This document shows, piece by piece, positions 14,377-24,964 of a stretch of DNA of 33,909 bases. Each line of letters starts with the position of its first letter. Within the stretch, counting starts at the first letter, position 1. Made by a program: the position numbers and the translations under genes. The stretch is from a virus (lineage: Duplodnaviria > Caudoviricetes): positions 1 to 33,909 of the IMG/VR virus record IMGVR_UViG_3300002092_000020; one strand, written 5' to 3'. The notes under the pieces were generated by a model. That model was given only the letters and a program-made list of their open reading frames with translations. It searched no databases and was not told where the DNA came from.

Positions 14377-16646
14377 TGGCGAATGACAAAGGTACGGTAA
14401 ACACCTCTTATGAGGATTGGTATAATTGCATTATGGGCTACGAAAGGGCCTATAAGCGCTGGGAAGCTAGAGTAGACCGTATTGTTAAGAAATACAAAGA
14501 TGATAGTCGTTATGACCGTAACCCTAACGCTAGATTTAATATCCTTTGGTCTAATGTACAGACTATCCAGCCAGCTATCTTTGCTAGACTTCCAAGACCC
14601 GATGTTAGTAGACGCTTCAGAGATAACGACCCTATTGGGCGTGTAGCGTCAATGATGCTTGAAAGGGCATTAGAGTTTGAAATTGAACACTATGGCGACT
14701 ATAAAGCTGCCATGAGTAACTCTGTATTAGACAGATTACTTGGTGGGCGTGGTGTTAGCTGGGTTCGTTATGAACCGCATATTGTTGGCGAAATGGCTGA
14801 AGAAGCTGGCCCTGATGATGGTTACCAAGTTACTGAAGATACTGATGAAGCTGAAACTGAAGGCGGTATTGAGAATGAAAATCCAGAACGCATTGAGTAT
14901 GAGTGTTGCCCTGTAGATTATGTTCATTGGAAAGACTTTGGACATACTGTTGCTAGAACATGGGAAGAAGTAACTGCTGTATGGCGTAAAGTCTATATGA
15001 CTCGCCCAGCATTGGTTGAAAGATTTGGCAAAGAATTAGGCTACAAAATCCCATTGGACACAAAGCCTGAAGATTTAAAACAATCTTATAAGTCTAACGA
15101 TGGTGTTTATGAGGCTTTAATCTATGAAATTTGGGACAAAGAAACAGGAAAAGTATGCTGGCTATCTAAGTCCCTTGGAAAGATATTGGATGAACGAGAT
15201 GACCCATTGGGCCTTGAGAACTTCTGGCCTTGTCCAAAGCCTTTATATTCCACAATTACTACTGACTCTCTTGAACCAATACCTGACTTTGTTATCTACC
15301 AAGACCAGGCAAGAGAATTAGACGCATTATGTGACCGTATTGATGGTCTTATTAACGCATTGAAGGTGCGTGGAGTTTACGATGCCTCGGCCTCTGAACT
15401 ACAGCGCTTATTCTCTGAAGGAGAAAACAACACTTTAATTCCAGTACATAACTGGATGGCTTTTGCTGAAAAGCAAGGTATGAAAGGTGCTATTGACCTT
15501 GTAGACATTACCCCATTTGCCCAGGCGTTAGCACAATGCTATCAAGCAATGGAACAAGTTAAGGGTCAAATCTATGAATTAATGGGTATTGCCGATATTC
15601 AGCGTGGTCAAACAGACCCTAATGAAACATTAGGCGCGCAAATCATTAAGTCAAACAACGCTGCTGGTCGCTTAAAGACTATGCAACACGCAGTTGTAGA
15701 CTTTGCTACTTCATTGCTTTGCATTAAAGCGCAGATTATCTGTAATCACTTTACCGATGACACATTGGTTAAGATTAGTGGTGCAATGCAACTGTCTGAC
15801 AATGACAAACAGCTAATTCCACAAGCTATTGCCCTATTGCGTGATGAAGCAAGTAAGAATTTTCGTATAGAAGTCACTTCTGATTCAATGATTTACCAAG
15901 ATGAACAGCAAGAAAAGGCTGATAGAACCGCTTTTTTAGCTGCCGTAGGTCAATTTACTCAGATGGCGTTGCCAGCAGCCCAACAAGCACCTGAATTAGT
16001 GCCAATGTTGATGGAAATGCTGAAGTTTGGCGTTACAGCGTTTAAAGCTGGTAAACAATTAGAAGGAATTATTGACGAAACTGCTGATAAATTCCGTGAA
16101 CAAGCTAAACAAGCTGAAGGTCAGCCAAAACCACCTCCATTAGAGATTCAAAAGGTGCAAATGCAGCAACAAGCTGAGATGCAAAAGCTTCAAATGTCTA
16201 GCCAACTAGAACAACAAAAAATGTCTGCCCAAATGGAACTTGAGAAAGCTAAACAAGAGTACCAGGCGCAAGAAAACCAACTTAAATTCCAATTGGAAGC
16301 ACAACGCAACCAAGCTGACCTAGAAATGCAAGCCAAAGTAGCGCAAATGAAGATGATGACTGAGAGAAATACTCAAGTATTGTTAGCGCACATTAACAAT
16401 GGCGCAAAAATAGAAACAGCAAGAATTTCTGCTGGTACTGATGATGGCGCAGAAGCATACTACATGGAAGAAGATATGGCACACGCTATGGAACATCCAA
16501 TGCAACCTATTGCCAACGCTATTGGTCAAGGAAATCAGCAAATGGCACAAGCTATTACCGCCCTTGTTGATACAATCAATGCACAGCATAATAGGCCTAA
16601 AACTGTAGTTAGAGGTCAAGACGGCAAAATTATTGGGGTTCAATAA
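14376..16646 (+). CDS. Portal protein with long Gln-rich coiled-coil barrel
   Basis: About 756 aa after terL; [21 protein letters not shown]; P22-like C-terminal helical barrel. Confidence 0.9.
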   Translation: MANDKGTVNTSYEDWYNCIMGYERAYKRWEARVDRIVKKYKDDSRYDRNPNARFNILWSNVQTIQPAIFARLPRPDVSRRFRDNDPIGRVASMMLERALEFEIEHYGDYKAAMSNSVLDRLLGGRGVSWVRYEPHIVGEMAEEAGPDDGYQVTEDTDEAETEGGIENENPERIEYECCPVDYVHWKDFGHTVARTWEEVTAVWRKVYMTRPALVERFGKELGYKIPLDTKPEDLKQSYKSNDGVYEALIYEIWDKETGKVCWLSKSLGKILDERDDPLGLENFWPCPKPLYSTITTDSLEPIPDFVIYQDQARELDALCDRIDGLINALKVRGVYDASASELQRLFSEGENNTLIPVHNWMAFAEKQGMKGAIDLVDITPFAQALAQCYQAMEQVKGQIYELMGIADIQRGQTDPNETLGAQIIKSNNAAGRLKTMQHAVVDFATSLLCIKAQIICNHFTDDTLVKISGAMQLSDNDKQLIPQAIALLRDEASKNFRIEVTSDSMIYQDEQQEKADRTAFLAAVGQFTQMALPAAQQAPELVPMLMEMLKFGVTAFKAGKQLEGIIDETADKFREQAKQAEGQPKPPPLEIQKVQMQQQAEMQKLQMSSQLEQQKMSAQMELEKAKQEYQAQENQLKFQLEAQRNQADLEMQAKVAQMKMMTERNTQVLLAHINNGAKIETARISAGTDDGAEAYYMEEDMAHAMEHPMQPIANAIGQGNQQMAQAITALVDTINAQHNRPKTVVRGQDGKIIGVQ

Positions 16647-19291
16647 TGGCTATAACAGTCAAGCATAGTAAGGTTTCAACAATACCTGATGATGCAGACA
16701 CATCATTAGTACGACCAAGTGATTGGAACGCAGACCATTCTTTAACAGGTACTGTACCTGTTGACAATGGTGGTACTGGCGCTTCCACGCTAACTGGCTA
16801 TGTTAAAGGTAATGGCACTTCAGCCATGACTGCCACGACTACTATTCCTAGCACCGATGTAACTGGTCTAGGAACAATGTCTACACAAAACAGTAATAAC
16901 ATATCTGTTACTGGTGGTTCAATGTCTGGCGTTACGATTAGTGACTACATTGCGACTACACAAAAAGGTGTAGCTAATGGCGTTGCAAGCTTAGACGGTA
17001 GTGGAACAGTCCCAATTAGCCAATTGCCAGCAGCCGTAATAGGCGCATTAAGCTATCAAGGAACTTGGAATGCAAGCACTAATATTCCTACTCTTACTAC
17101 CTCTGTGGGTACTAAGGGTTATTACTATGTTGTCAATGTTGCTGGTTCTACCAATCTTAACGGTATTACTGATTGGCAAGTTGGTGATTGGGCGGTTTAT
17201 AACGGCACGGCTTGGCAAAAGATAGACAATACTGACGCTGTAACTAGCGTAAACGGTTATACAGGTACAGTAGTTTTAACTGCTGCTGATGTAGGCGCAG
17301 TCCCATATACAGGTGCTACTGCTGCCGTAGACTTAAACAACAAGTCATTAACTGATGTCAGTCATTTAGGCATAAATACAACATCCGTGCCAGACATTCT
17401 TTTAAGGGCTTTTGGCGACAATAATTCATCTTCAAGGATTGCGGTTCGAGGTTATTCAAGTGATGCCAATAGTTCTGCTATTCGTGTAGCTAAGTTTCGT
17501 GGTACTTATGCAAGCCCACAAGCACCATTAAGCGGTGATAGTTTAGGTAAGTTTGAATTAGCTGGATATGGCACGACTTCATCAAGTGGTTATCCACAAG
17601 CTTCATTAGAAGGTGTAGCTACAGAAAACTGGGGTGCTACAGCTAGAGGCACAAAAGCAGTAGTTAAAGTAACACCCAATACAACGACTACCCAAGTAAC
17701 AGCTTTAACAATTGACCAAAATTCAGCAGCTACTTTTGCAAGCACAGTAACAGCTAATGGCGTATTACTTACAGGTAACACAGGTACAGTAACTAGTGTA
17801 GCAGCCACCGCAGGAACAGGTATTAGCATTACTGGTAGCCCTATTACTACTAGCGGTACATTAAATATTACCAATAGTGCGCCTGACCAAACAGTAGTTT
17901 TAACTGCTGGTACTGGTATTTCTACTAGTGGTACTTACCCTAACTTTACTATTACCAATACTAGTCCTTCAAGCGGTGGTACGGTTACTAGTGTAAGCGG
18001 TACAACTGGGCGCATAACTAGTACAGGTGGTGCGACTCCTGTAATTGACCTTGCTAGTGGCGTAGCTACGGCAGGAACAACAGGTTCAGCTACTCTTATT
18101 CCAGTAGTTACTATTGATACCTATGGGCGTGTGACCAGTATTACAACTGCTGCAAATCCACAAGGTACTGTAACTTCTGTAACTGGTACAAGTCCAGTAG
18201 TTTCAAGCGGTGGCGCTACTCCTGCTATTTCTATGCCAGCAGCGACTACTTCAGTAAGCGGTTATTTAACTTCTACTGATTGGAATACTTTTAATAGTAA
18301 AGGTTCTGGCACAGTTACTAGTGTTACAGGCACAGCCCCAGTAGTAAGTAGTGGTGGCGCAACGCCAGCAATTAGTATGGCTGCTGCCAATACAACAACT
18401 AATGGATATTTAACTAGCACCGATTGGAACACTTTTAACGGCAAAGGTAGTGGGTCTGTAACCTCTGTAAGTGGTACAGGCACAGTCAACGGTATATCAC
18501 TAAGTGGTACAGTTACTTCTAGCGGTAGTTTGACCCTTGGCGGTACGCTTTCTAATGTCAGCCTAGCTACTCAAGTAACAGGCAATTTACCTGTAACTAA
18601 CTTAGGAAGTGGTACAAGTGCTTCTTCTAGCACATTTTGGCGTGGTGATGGTACATGGGCAGCGCCAACTGTAAGTATTGCTGCGCCTCAAGTAACTAAA
18701 TACACAAGTGGTTCTGGAACTTATACAACACCAACAAACTGTAAATATCTTTATATAAAAATGGTAGGCGCTGGTGGAGGTGGTGGTGGTTCTGGTGGTG
18801 GCGGTCAAGGCGGTACTGGTGGTAACACGACCTTTGGTTCATCTTTATTAACTGCTAATGGTGGTGGTGGCGGTGTTTCAGGAAACTTTGGTACTAGTGG
18901 TGGAACTGGTGGAACTTCAACTCTTAGTTCTCCAGCAACAGGTTTAGCGATAACAGGAAATGCAGGTGGAAGCTATCCTGGTGGCAGTTACAATACTACA
19001 ACTGTTTATACGGCTGGTGGATTCGGTGGAATTTCGCTTATTGGTTCTTCTAGCGCTGGTTCTGATGGAGTTTATGGTGCTGGCGGTGCTGGTGGCGGTT
19101 CTAGTGGAACTCCAATAGTTGTTGGAAATGGTGGTGCTGCTGGTGGATATATTGAAGCACTTATTACATCTCCTTCTTCAACTTATTCTTATGCCATAGG
19201 CGCTGGTGGTTCTGGAGGTACTGCTGGTACTGCTGGTGTTGTTGGTTATGCTGGTGGCGCTGGGCTAATTTACATTGTTGCCTACTTCTAA
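16646..19291 (+). CDS. Long Thr/Ser/Gly-rich fibre protein with C-terminal glycine-rich domain
   Basis: [10 protein letters not shown] module, GTVTSV repeats, [16 protein letters not shown]...GGAGLIYI poly-Gly domain; 881 aa. Confidence 0.85.
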   Translation: MAITVKHSKVSTIPDDADTSLVRPSDWNADHSLTGTVPVDNGGTGASTLTGYVKGNGTSAMTATTTIPSTDVTGLGTMSTQNSNNISVTGGSMSGVTISDYIATTQKGVANGVASLDGSGTVPISQLPAAVIGALSYQGTWNASTNIPTLTTSVGTKGYYYVVNVAGSTNLNGITDWQVGDWAVYNGTAWQKIDNTDAVTSVNGYTGTVVLTAADVGAVPYTGATAAVDLNNKSLTDVSHLGINTTSVPDILLRAFGDNNSSSRIAVRGYSSDANSSAIRVAKFRGTYASPQAPLSGDSLGKFELAGYGTTSSSGYPQASLEGVATENWGATARGTKAVVKVTPNTTTTQVTALTIDQNSAATFASTVTANGVLLTGNTGTVTSVAATAGTGISITGSPITTSGTLNITNSAPDQTVVLTAGTGISTSGTYPNFTITNTSPSSGGTVTSVSGTTGRITSTGGATPVIDLASGVATAGTTGSATLIPVVTIDTYGRVTSITTAANPQGTVTSVTGTSPVVSSGGATPAISMPAATTSVSGYLTSTDWNTFNSKGSGTVTSVTGTAPVVSSGGATPAISMAAANTTTNGYLTSTDWNTFNGKGSGSVTSVSGTGTVNGISLSGTVTSSGSLTLGGTLSNVSLATQVTGNLPVTNLGSGTSASSSTFWRGDGTWAAPTVSIAAPQVTKYTSGSGTYTTPTNCKYLYIKMVGAGGGGGGSGGGGQGGTGGNTTFGSSLLTANGGGGGVSGNFGTSGGTGGTSTLSSPATGLAITGNAGGSYPGGSYNTTTVYTAGGFGGISLIGSSSAGSDGVYGAGGAGGGSSGTPIVVGNGGAAGGYIEALITSPSSTYSYAIGAGGSGGTAGTAGVVGYAGGAGLIYIVAYF
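18164..18451 (+). repeat. Tandem 144-nt (48-aa) duplication within the fibre gene
   Basis: GTVTSVTGT(S/A)[14 protein letters not shown]...[15 protein letters not shown] twice (18164 and 18308). Confidence 0.85.
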
Positions 19292-19298
19292 GGAATAT

Positions 19299-19700
19299 AT
19301 GAGATACGCAATTATTGATGGAATTAATGTAATTAATGTAATTGATTACGATGAACAACCTAGTAATCCACCACCAGGTTTTGAAAAACCTATTATTGCC
19401 GTTCAAAGTGATGTTGCTAGTGTTGGTTGGACTTATGTTGATGGAGTTTTTATTGCCCCTCCAGCGCCAATACCAACCCCTGAACAATTAATTGCCCAAT
19501 GCAAAGCACAAGCAACTTCTATTCTTTCATCAACCGATTGGACTTCTATTGCTGATGTGGGAAATCCAAAAATGGCTAACCCATACCTTGTAAATCAAGA
19601 TGAATTTATTGCTTATAGAAGTACCATTAGAAACTATGCTGTAAACCCTGTAACCGACCCAGTTTGGCCTACTGAACCAACTGAAAAATGGAGTAATTAA
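19299..19700 (+). CDS. Tail fibre assembly chaperone-like protein
   Basis: VGWTY.DG.F..P and L..TDW...YR..IR...P...P.WP..P; ATG 19299 after AAGGA. Confidence 0.7.
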   Translation: MRYAIIDGINVINVIDYDEQPSNPPPGFEKPIIAVQSDVASVGWTYVDGVFIAPPAPIPTPEQLIAQCKAQATSILSSTDWTSIADVGNPKMANPYLVNQDEFIAYRSTIRNYAVNPVTDPVWPTEPTEKWSN

Positions 19701-19701
19701 T

Positions 19702-20046
19702 ATGTATTTTGCTAAATGCGTAGCAACCAGCGAACCATCAAAAAAAGAAGTAGTGGATGTGCTTCTTGCCGACCAAGAATTTATTGATACCCAAGCTGGT
19801 TATTGGGTACAAACAGATTACAACACATACGGAAATGTGCATTACGCACCTAGCCCTCCTGCTGAACCAGGCACTCCTGATGGCTTGCCAGCTTTAAGGG
19901 CTAACTATGCTGGAATTGGCTTTACATTAGATGAGTCAGTAGTAATTGATGGTGTTATAGGCGTGTTTTATGCCCCAAAACCTACAGCACCTGGCAATTG
20001 GGTATTAAACACTAGCACTTATCTTTGGGAAGATTTGCCAGTTTAA
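19702..20046 (+). CDS. Fibre-associated hypothetical protein
   Basis: WVQT.YNT.G..H, LRANYAGIG, F.AP.P...W.LN.....W; follows the fibre genes. Confidence 0.65.
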   Translation: MYFAKCVATSEPSKKEVVDVLLADQEFIDTQAGYWVQTDYNTYGNVHYAPSPPAEPGTPDGLPALRANYAGIGFTLDESVVIDGVIGVFYAPKPTAPGNWVLNTSTYLWEDLPV

Positions 20047-20525
20047 TGTTTCAAACAGCTTTCCAAGCCAATGCGTTTCAAAATAACGCATTTCAAATCA
20101 ACATTACCCCTGTTGCCCCTACAAAACAGGGGGGTGATGACGCTTCTTGGACAAGAGAAGAACTAAAACGCTATAAGGCAATACAAAAGAAACTGCGACT
20201 TGCAGAAGAAAAGCGTATTGCTGCATTAAAAGCTGACGGAATAAACCGTAAACAAGCTATTGCTGATTTGGTTGACCCACCAAAAGTAAGCAAACGCAAA
20301 CAAAATAAAGTACAATCCAATCAAGCAGTTAGCGTTGATACACCGTCAAACCTAGCCAACATTGACCGATACATCGCTAATCTTGTACAACAGCAACAAG
20401 ACTTGCAAACCGCAGTAGCTATGAGAAGTGCTAAATTCCGTCTAGAACAGGAATTGGCAATCTTAGAAGCTAAACGGCAAGCAGAATTAGACGATGAAGA
20501 GGCCCTATTAGCACTAATACTGTAA
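20046..20525 (+). CDS. Hypothetical virion-associated protein
   Basis: MFQTAFQANAFQNNAFQI N-terminus, DDEEALLALIL C-terminus; ATG 20046 coupled to the upstream stop. Confidence 0.7.
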   Translation: MFQTAFQANAFQNNAFQINITPVAPTKQGGDDASWTREELKRYKAIQKKLRLAEEKRIAALKADGINRKQAIADLVDPPKVSKRKQNKVQSNQAVSVDTPSNLANIDRYIANLVQQQQDLQTAVAMRSAKFRLEQELAILEAKRQAELDDEEALLALIL

Positions 20526-21418
20526 ACCCCCACGCAGAATACAAAAGGGCTTATGAACATCTACACGCAGGGCGTTATGACGCTGGCTTTAGATTGTTTG
20601 AATACCGTTGGCATAAAGACATTATTGCTAACCAATTAATACCTTATACGCAAAAACCTGAAAATCCTAAAGTTTGGCGTGGTGAGTCACTTTTAGATAA
20701 ATCTATTGTTATTCAAATGGAACAAGGATTTGGCGACATATTAATGTTTGCTAGGTTTTTGCCATTTCTCAAGGTAATGGGCGCGCAAAAGGTAGTGATA
20801 TTGACACATGGTTCATTGCTTAGACTTCTAGGGCAATTTGAATGTATAGATGTGCTAACAAACAATACTGAATGTGATGATGTAACCGAATGCGACTATT
20901 GGCTTGGAAATATGTCCCTTCCTTACTATATTGCTTGTGCCAATAAGTATGCAAAGTCATTATTTCCCATTACAAACAAGAAAATAGTGGGTTCTGAAGG
21001 CTATATGGATGCCAAACCCTCTAATATTGAACCCAAAATAGGGGTTAATTGGGGTGCTAGTCGCAATATTTTATTTCATATTAAATCTATTCCTGACCAT
21101 CAAATGTACAAGTTTGTAGGGGATAACTGTTATAGCCTTTCCCCAGACCATGACGGCTTTTTTCACCCTTTGCCTAATGACGGTTGGAAAACTGATTGGG
21201 CGGTCACAGCAAGCCACATGAAAGCTATGAAAGGAGTAGTGACAGTAGACACAGGAACAGCCCACCTTGCTGGCGCATTGGGCGTTAAAACCATAGTCTT
21301 GTTACCCAAAGAAGAATATATATGTTGGCGTTGGAAAAATGGTCATTGGTACGATTCTGTTATTGCATTGCGTCAAGAAGAATATGACCGTGTACCTGAA
21401 TTAATAAGGAGAATGTAA
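20522..21418 (+). CDS. GT9/heptosyltransferase-like glycosyltransferase (start uncertain; first near-canonical start TTG 20594)
   Basis: W.GE.L, EQGFGD.LMF.RF, IGVNW, VVTVDTGTAHLAGALG..T.VLL, WRW...WY. Confidence 0.75.
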   Translation, partial: VNPHAEYKRAYEHLHAGRYDAGFRLFEYRWHKDIIANQLIPYTQKPENPKVWRGESLLDKSIVIQMEQGFGDILMFARFLPFLKVMGAQKVVILTHGSLLRLLGQFECIDVLTNNTECDDVTECDYWLGNMSLPYYIACANKYAKSLFPITNKKIVGSEGYMDAKPSNIEPKIGVNWGASRNILFHIKSIPDHQMYKFVGDNCYSLSPDHDGFFHPLPNDGWKTDWAVTASHMKAMKGVVTVDTGTAHLAGALGVKTIVLLPKEEYICWRWKNGHWYDSVIALRQEEYDRVPELIRRM

Positions 21419-21795
21419 TGATTTGCCCTAAATGCGGTTGGTCTGAAGGTAACCATATTGAAACTAAACAGTCAGATGAGGACTTTTTCATTGAATGGTG
21501 GACTCCTACCATTGGCGAAGAAGCTGCCAAAGCCTCATGGCTAGACAAAGTTGCTATGAAAACTAGGGTTGCCCCTACTGTTATATCTGACATACCTGGT
21601 CATATTTCAATGGCTGACGGTAGCTGGGTAGACAGTCGGTCTAAGCATAGAGAGAATTTAAAGCGCAATGGTTGCGTGGAATTAGGTAACGATGTACCAA
21701 TGCAACGCAAAGAAGCAACTATCAGCACAAAGTCCCAAGAAGCAAGAAAGCGTCAAATTGCGGAACTGGCTTATGCAAAACTTAACTACCGATAA
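21418..21795 (+). CDS. Hypothetical protein preceding the scaffold (CxxC)
   Basis: CPKC, SMADGS.VDSRSKHRENLKRNGC.E.GN. Confidence 0.7.
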   Translation: MICPKCGWSEGNHIETKQSDEDFFIEWWTPTIGEEAAKASWLDKVAMKTRVAPTVISDIPGHISMADGSWVDSRSKHRENLKRNGCVELGNDVPMQRKEATISTKSQEARKRQIAELAYAKLNYR

Positions 21796-21807
21796 CTTGG
21801 AGAATAT

Positions 21808-22881
21808 ATGTCAGAAGAACAATTAGACCGCAGGGATATGTTAATGCAAGCTATGGAAGCTGCTGAAGAAGGCGCTTTAGAAGCCCCAAAGGAGGTAGAA
21901 ATTGACCAAGAACCCTTGGAAGCAGAAACGGTTTTGGAAGCGGATAATGCCGAACAGTCCACTAAAGCGCAAACTAGCAATGAAAACAGAGAAGAATCTG
22001 CCGAAGATATTTCAGCTAATGAATATGCGGAGTCGGATGAAGAACCGCAGGAAAAGCCAGTAACACGCCCAAGCACCTGGAAGAAAGAATATGTCCAAAT
22101 TTGGGACAAAATGGAAGCTGGCGAACAGATTAGCAAAGAAGATTTTACTAAGTTTGCAGAATATGCTAACCAGCGTGAGTCTGAATACAAGAAAGGCGTA
22201 AGCACTTATAAAGCTGAAGCTGATAGGGCAAGAGGCTACGAAGAAGCTATTGCACCTTTTATTCCTGAACTGCAAGCCCAAAATATTAGCCCTGCTGCAT
22301 GGATTAATAACCTTGGTCGGGCGCACATGATTTTGTCTAAAGCACCATACGAACAAAAAATGGAGATGTTTCAAAGACTTGCAGCCGATTATGGAATACA
22401 ATTAAATGGTGAGAGTAACGGTTTACAACAATTAGACCCTTACACCCAGCAGTTAATGAACCAGTTAAATCAAGTAAACCAAGAGGTTTCCACGATTAAA
22501 AACAGGTTTCAGCAAGAAGAACAATCTCGATTAATGTCTGAGATTGAAAGAGTTAGAAGTGATGTGGAGAAGTTTCCGCATTTTGATGTGGTTCGGGAAG
22601 AGATGGCTCAATTACTTGAGTTAGGTAAAGCCCAAGACCTAGAAACGGCCTACAAGAAAGCCGTGCGTATGAATGATGAAGTTTGGGCTTTAGAACAGGA
22701 ACGACTCCTGTCCAGCGCAAAACAAGCATCATCCAAAGCACAGCAAGTAGCGAAGGCTAAGACTGTTGCGGTCAGTCCGAAGTCCTCTACACCTAGAGGG
22801 TCGGTAAACACAACGGAGAAAAAGGACAGGCGGTCTTTAATTGCTGACCAATTAGGTGAGGCAATGAGTCGCAGGGTTTAA
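21808..22881 (+). CDS. Capsid scaffolding protein
   Basis: Acidic N-terminus, helical, PSTWKKE, directly upstream of the MCP. Confidence 0.8.
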   Translation: MSEEQLDRRDMLMQAMEAAEEGALEAPKEVEIDQEPLEAETVLEADNAEQSTKAQTSNENREESAEDISANEYAESDEEPQEKPVTRPSTWKKEYVQIWDKMEAGEQISKEDFTKFAEYANQRESEYKKGVSTYKAEADRARGYEEAIAPFIPELQAQNISPAAWINNLGRAHMILSKAPYEQKMEMFQRLAADYGIQLNGESNGLQQLDPYTQQLMNQLNQVNQEVSTIKNRFQQEEQSRLMSEIERVRSDVEKFPHFDVVREEMAQLLELGKAQDLETAYKKAVRMNDEVWALEQERLLSSAKQASSKAQQVAKAKTVAVSPKSSTPRGSVNTTEKKDRRSLIADQLGEAMSRRV

Positions 22882-22904
22882 CTTAATTTAATAAAGGAAA
22901 TATC

Positions 22905-23879
22905 ATGGCTTTCGCTAATAGCGCAATAACCGATATTATCGCAACTACTATTCAAAGTCGTAGCGGTGAATTGGCAGACAACTTAACACAAAACAACGCA
23001 ATTCTTCAGCGCTTGAACCAAAAGGGCAATGTACGCCCATTCTCAGGCGGTAATGTGATTTTGGAAGAAATCATGTATGACGACGCATCAACAAACAACG
23101 CTAATTCTTATAGCGGATATGAAGTATTGAACATTGCACCAGATAGCCCTATCTCTGCTGCACAATACAAAATTGCACAGTACGCAGACTCAGTAACTAT
23201 GTCTGGTCTTGAAATGTTACAAAACAGCAGCAAAGAAGCAATCATCGACTTGTTAGATGGTCGTATGCAAGTTTCTGAAGCACGCTTGTTAAACCGCATT
23301 TCTGGTGACTTGTATGGTGATGGTACTGGTAACGGTGGTAAGAACTTGGATGGTTTGGGCGCTGCTGTTGCAGCCGTACCTACATCTGGTACTTACGGTG
23401 GTATTAACCGTGCTACTTGGACTTTCTGGCAAAACCAAATTACTACTGGTGCTACATCTGCAAACATTTTGGCTTCTATGACTACTGCTGCTATCAAGCA
23501 GATTCGTGGTACTGACAAGGCTGATTTGATTGTTGCTGGTAACACAATGTATCAGTATTATGTAGGCGCATTGCAGTCTATTCAGCGTATTGCTGCTGAA
23601 GAGTCTGGCGCTGCTGGTTTCGCTTCCCTCAAGTTCTACGGTGGTGGTACATCTGCTGATGTGGTACTTGGTGGTGGTTATGGTTCACAAGAAACAGCTA
23701 CATATATGTACATGTTGAACACTAACTACATTTTCTTACGCCCACACAAAGAACGCAATTTCGTTCCTATCGGTGGCGAAAGACAGTCGATTAACCAAGA
23801 CGCTATTGTGAAATTGTATGGTTGGGCAGGTAACCTTACAACTTCAAACAGCTTCCTACAAGGCTTGTTGACAACCTAA
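22905..23879 (+). CDS. Major capsid protein
   Basis: 324 aa, strong AAAGGA SD, highly biased codons, FSGG..I, YSGYE.L, NQDA.V....WAGNLT.SN. Confidence 0.9.
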   Translation: MAFANSAITDIIATTIQSRSGELADNLTQNNAILQRLNQKGNVRPFSGGNVILEEIMYDDASTNNANSYSGYEVLNIAPDSPISAAQYKIAQYADSVTMSGLEMLQNSSKEAIIDLLDGRMQVSEARLLNRISGDLYGDGTGNGGKNLDGLGAAVAAVPTSGTYGGINRATWTFWQNQITTGATSANILASMTTAAIKQIRGTDKADLIVAGNTMYQYYVGALQSIQRIAAEESGAAGFASLKFYGGGTSADVVLGGGYGSQETATYMYMLNTNYIFLRPHKERNFVPIGGERQSINQDAIVKLYGWAGNLTTSNSFLQGLLTT

Positions 23880-23884
23880 TAGTT

Positions 23885-23902
23885 AGGGCGAAAGCCCTTT
23901 CT
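23885..23902 (+). terminator. GNRA hairpin / weak terminator after the MCP
   Basis: AGGGC-GAAA-GCCCT followed by TTCT. Confidence 0.5.
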
Positions 23903-23937
23903 ATTAACTGTCTAATTAATTAATAAAGGAAATTATC

Positions 23938-24234
23938 ATGGCATTTACCATTACCCCCCTAGCTGGGATTGATTTAGTTGATACACAAACCGTTGCAGAA
24001 CAAACAGCAAATGCTGGTTTAGTAACATTCGGCCCACTCGGTGCAGAAGTTTTTGCTTCCGATGGTCGTAGATATGTTTGGGCTAAAGCTGGTGCAACTA
24101 TTGCTGCTTCAACAGCAACTTGTTCCATTAACACTACGACTTTCGTAGCAACTGGTTCTGCTGGTTCTTATACTGGCCCTACCGTTGCTATGGCTTCTGG
24201 TGACTATGGCTGGTTCTCAGCAGCTTCTGTTTAA
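23938..24234 (+). CDS. Capsid decoration/cement-like protein
   Basis: 98 aa Ala/Thr/Gly-rich, AAAGGA SD, DGRRYVW...GDYGWF, right after the MCP. Confidence 0.65.
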   Translation: MAFTITPLAGIDLVDTQTVAEQTANAGLVTFGPLGAEVFASDGRRYVWAKAGATIAASTATCSINTTTFVATGSAGSYTGPTVAMASGDYGWFSAASV

Positions 24235-24271
24235 TAGGTTATCCCTTTTAAATTGAAGATGTAGTAAAACT

Positions 24272-24305
24272 GGGACTCTCTCACAAGGGGAGTCCCTTTT
24301 CTTTT
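24272..24305 (+). terminator. Rho-independent terminator
   Basis: GGGACTCTC...GGGAGTCCC stem followed by TTTTCTTTT. Confidence 0.8.
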
Positions 24306-24339
24306 AACCGTAGTACCTAAACCACTTTAGGAGAATTAA

Positions 24340-24963
24340 ATGGCTATTGATAGCGATACACAAGGTGCAGATGCACGACTAGCAGTCCAATTCTATAAAA
24401 AAAGCGTTAAGCAAGACATAGCTTCTGACGAAGCTGGTAGACCGATTTTTAAAGAATTTGATTTTGTCCGTATTATGATTCCTGGCGATAATTTGACAGA
24501 AATTGACACATACGCCCAAGACTCCCATAAACAGCGTTTTCCACGCCAATGGGCACATTATCAAAACCAAGTAGCAAACCACGAAGATATTGTAGGAACA
24601 CCCTTAGAACAATGGCCTCAAATTACTAGAAGCCAAGCTGATGAATTGCGTGGGCTTAAATTTCACACAGTAGAAGCTATTGCAGATTGTTCTGACCAGC
24701 AAATGCAGCGTATTGGCATGGTAGCAGGTATGTCACCTTACAATTTTCGTGAAAAAGCCAAAGCTTTTCTTAATTTAGCTAATAAATCTGCCGATGTAGC
24801 ACAAAGAGAAGCAGAATTACAAGCATTAAAAGAAGAAAATGCTAAAATTAAGGCTGAAACAGATGCGAAGCTATCCAAAATGCAAGACCAAATGGAAGCC
24901 CTACTTGCTGCTGTTGCGGAAAAAACTCCAAAATCTCGCAAACCGAAAGTAGTAGAGGCCTAA
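24340..24963 (+). CDS. Conserved head-region hypothetical protein
   Basis: AGGAG SD; GRPIF, I.IPGD, RFP.QW..Y, HhH-like TVE.IA, coiled-coil tail. Confidence 0.7.
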   Translation: MAIDSDTQGADARLAVQFYKKSVKQDIASDEAGRPIFKEFDFVRIMIPGDNLTEIDTYAQDSHKQRFPRQWAHYQNQVANHEDIVGTPLEQWPQITRSQADELRGLKFHTVEAIADCSDQQMQRIGMVAGMSPYNFREKAKAFLNLANKSADVAQREAELQALKEENAKIKAETDAKLSKMQDQMEALLAAVAEKTPKSRKPKVVEA

Positions 24964-24964
24964 T

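Noticed and set aside
17770-18500. CRISPR array or diversity-generating retroelement template/variable repeats
   Set aside because: Repeats are in-frame protein modules diverging mainly at synonymous sites, not adenine-specific; no spacers, cas or reverse transcriptase seen.
23870-23940. Capsid read-through or frameshift extension
   Set aside because: Tandem stops TAA TAG follow the MCP, no slippery heptamer, and the next gene has its own SD.
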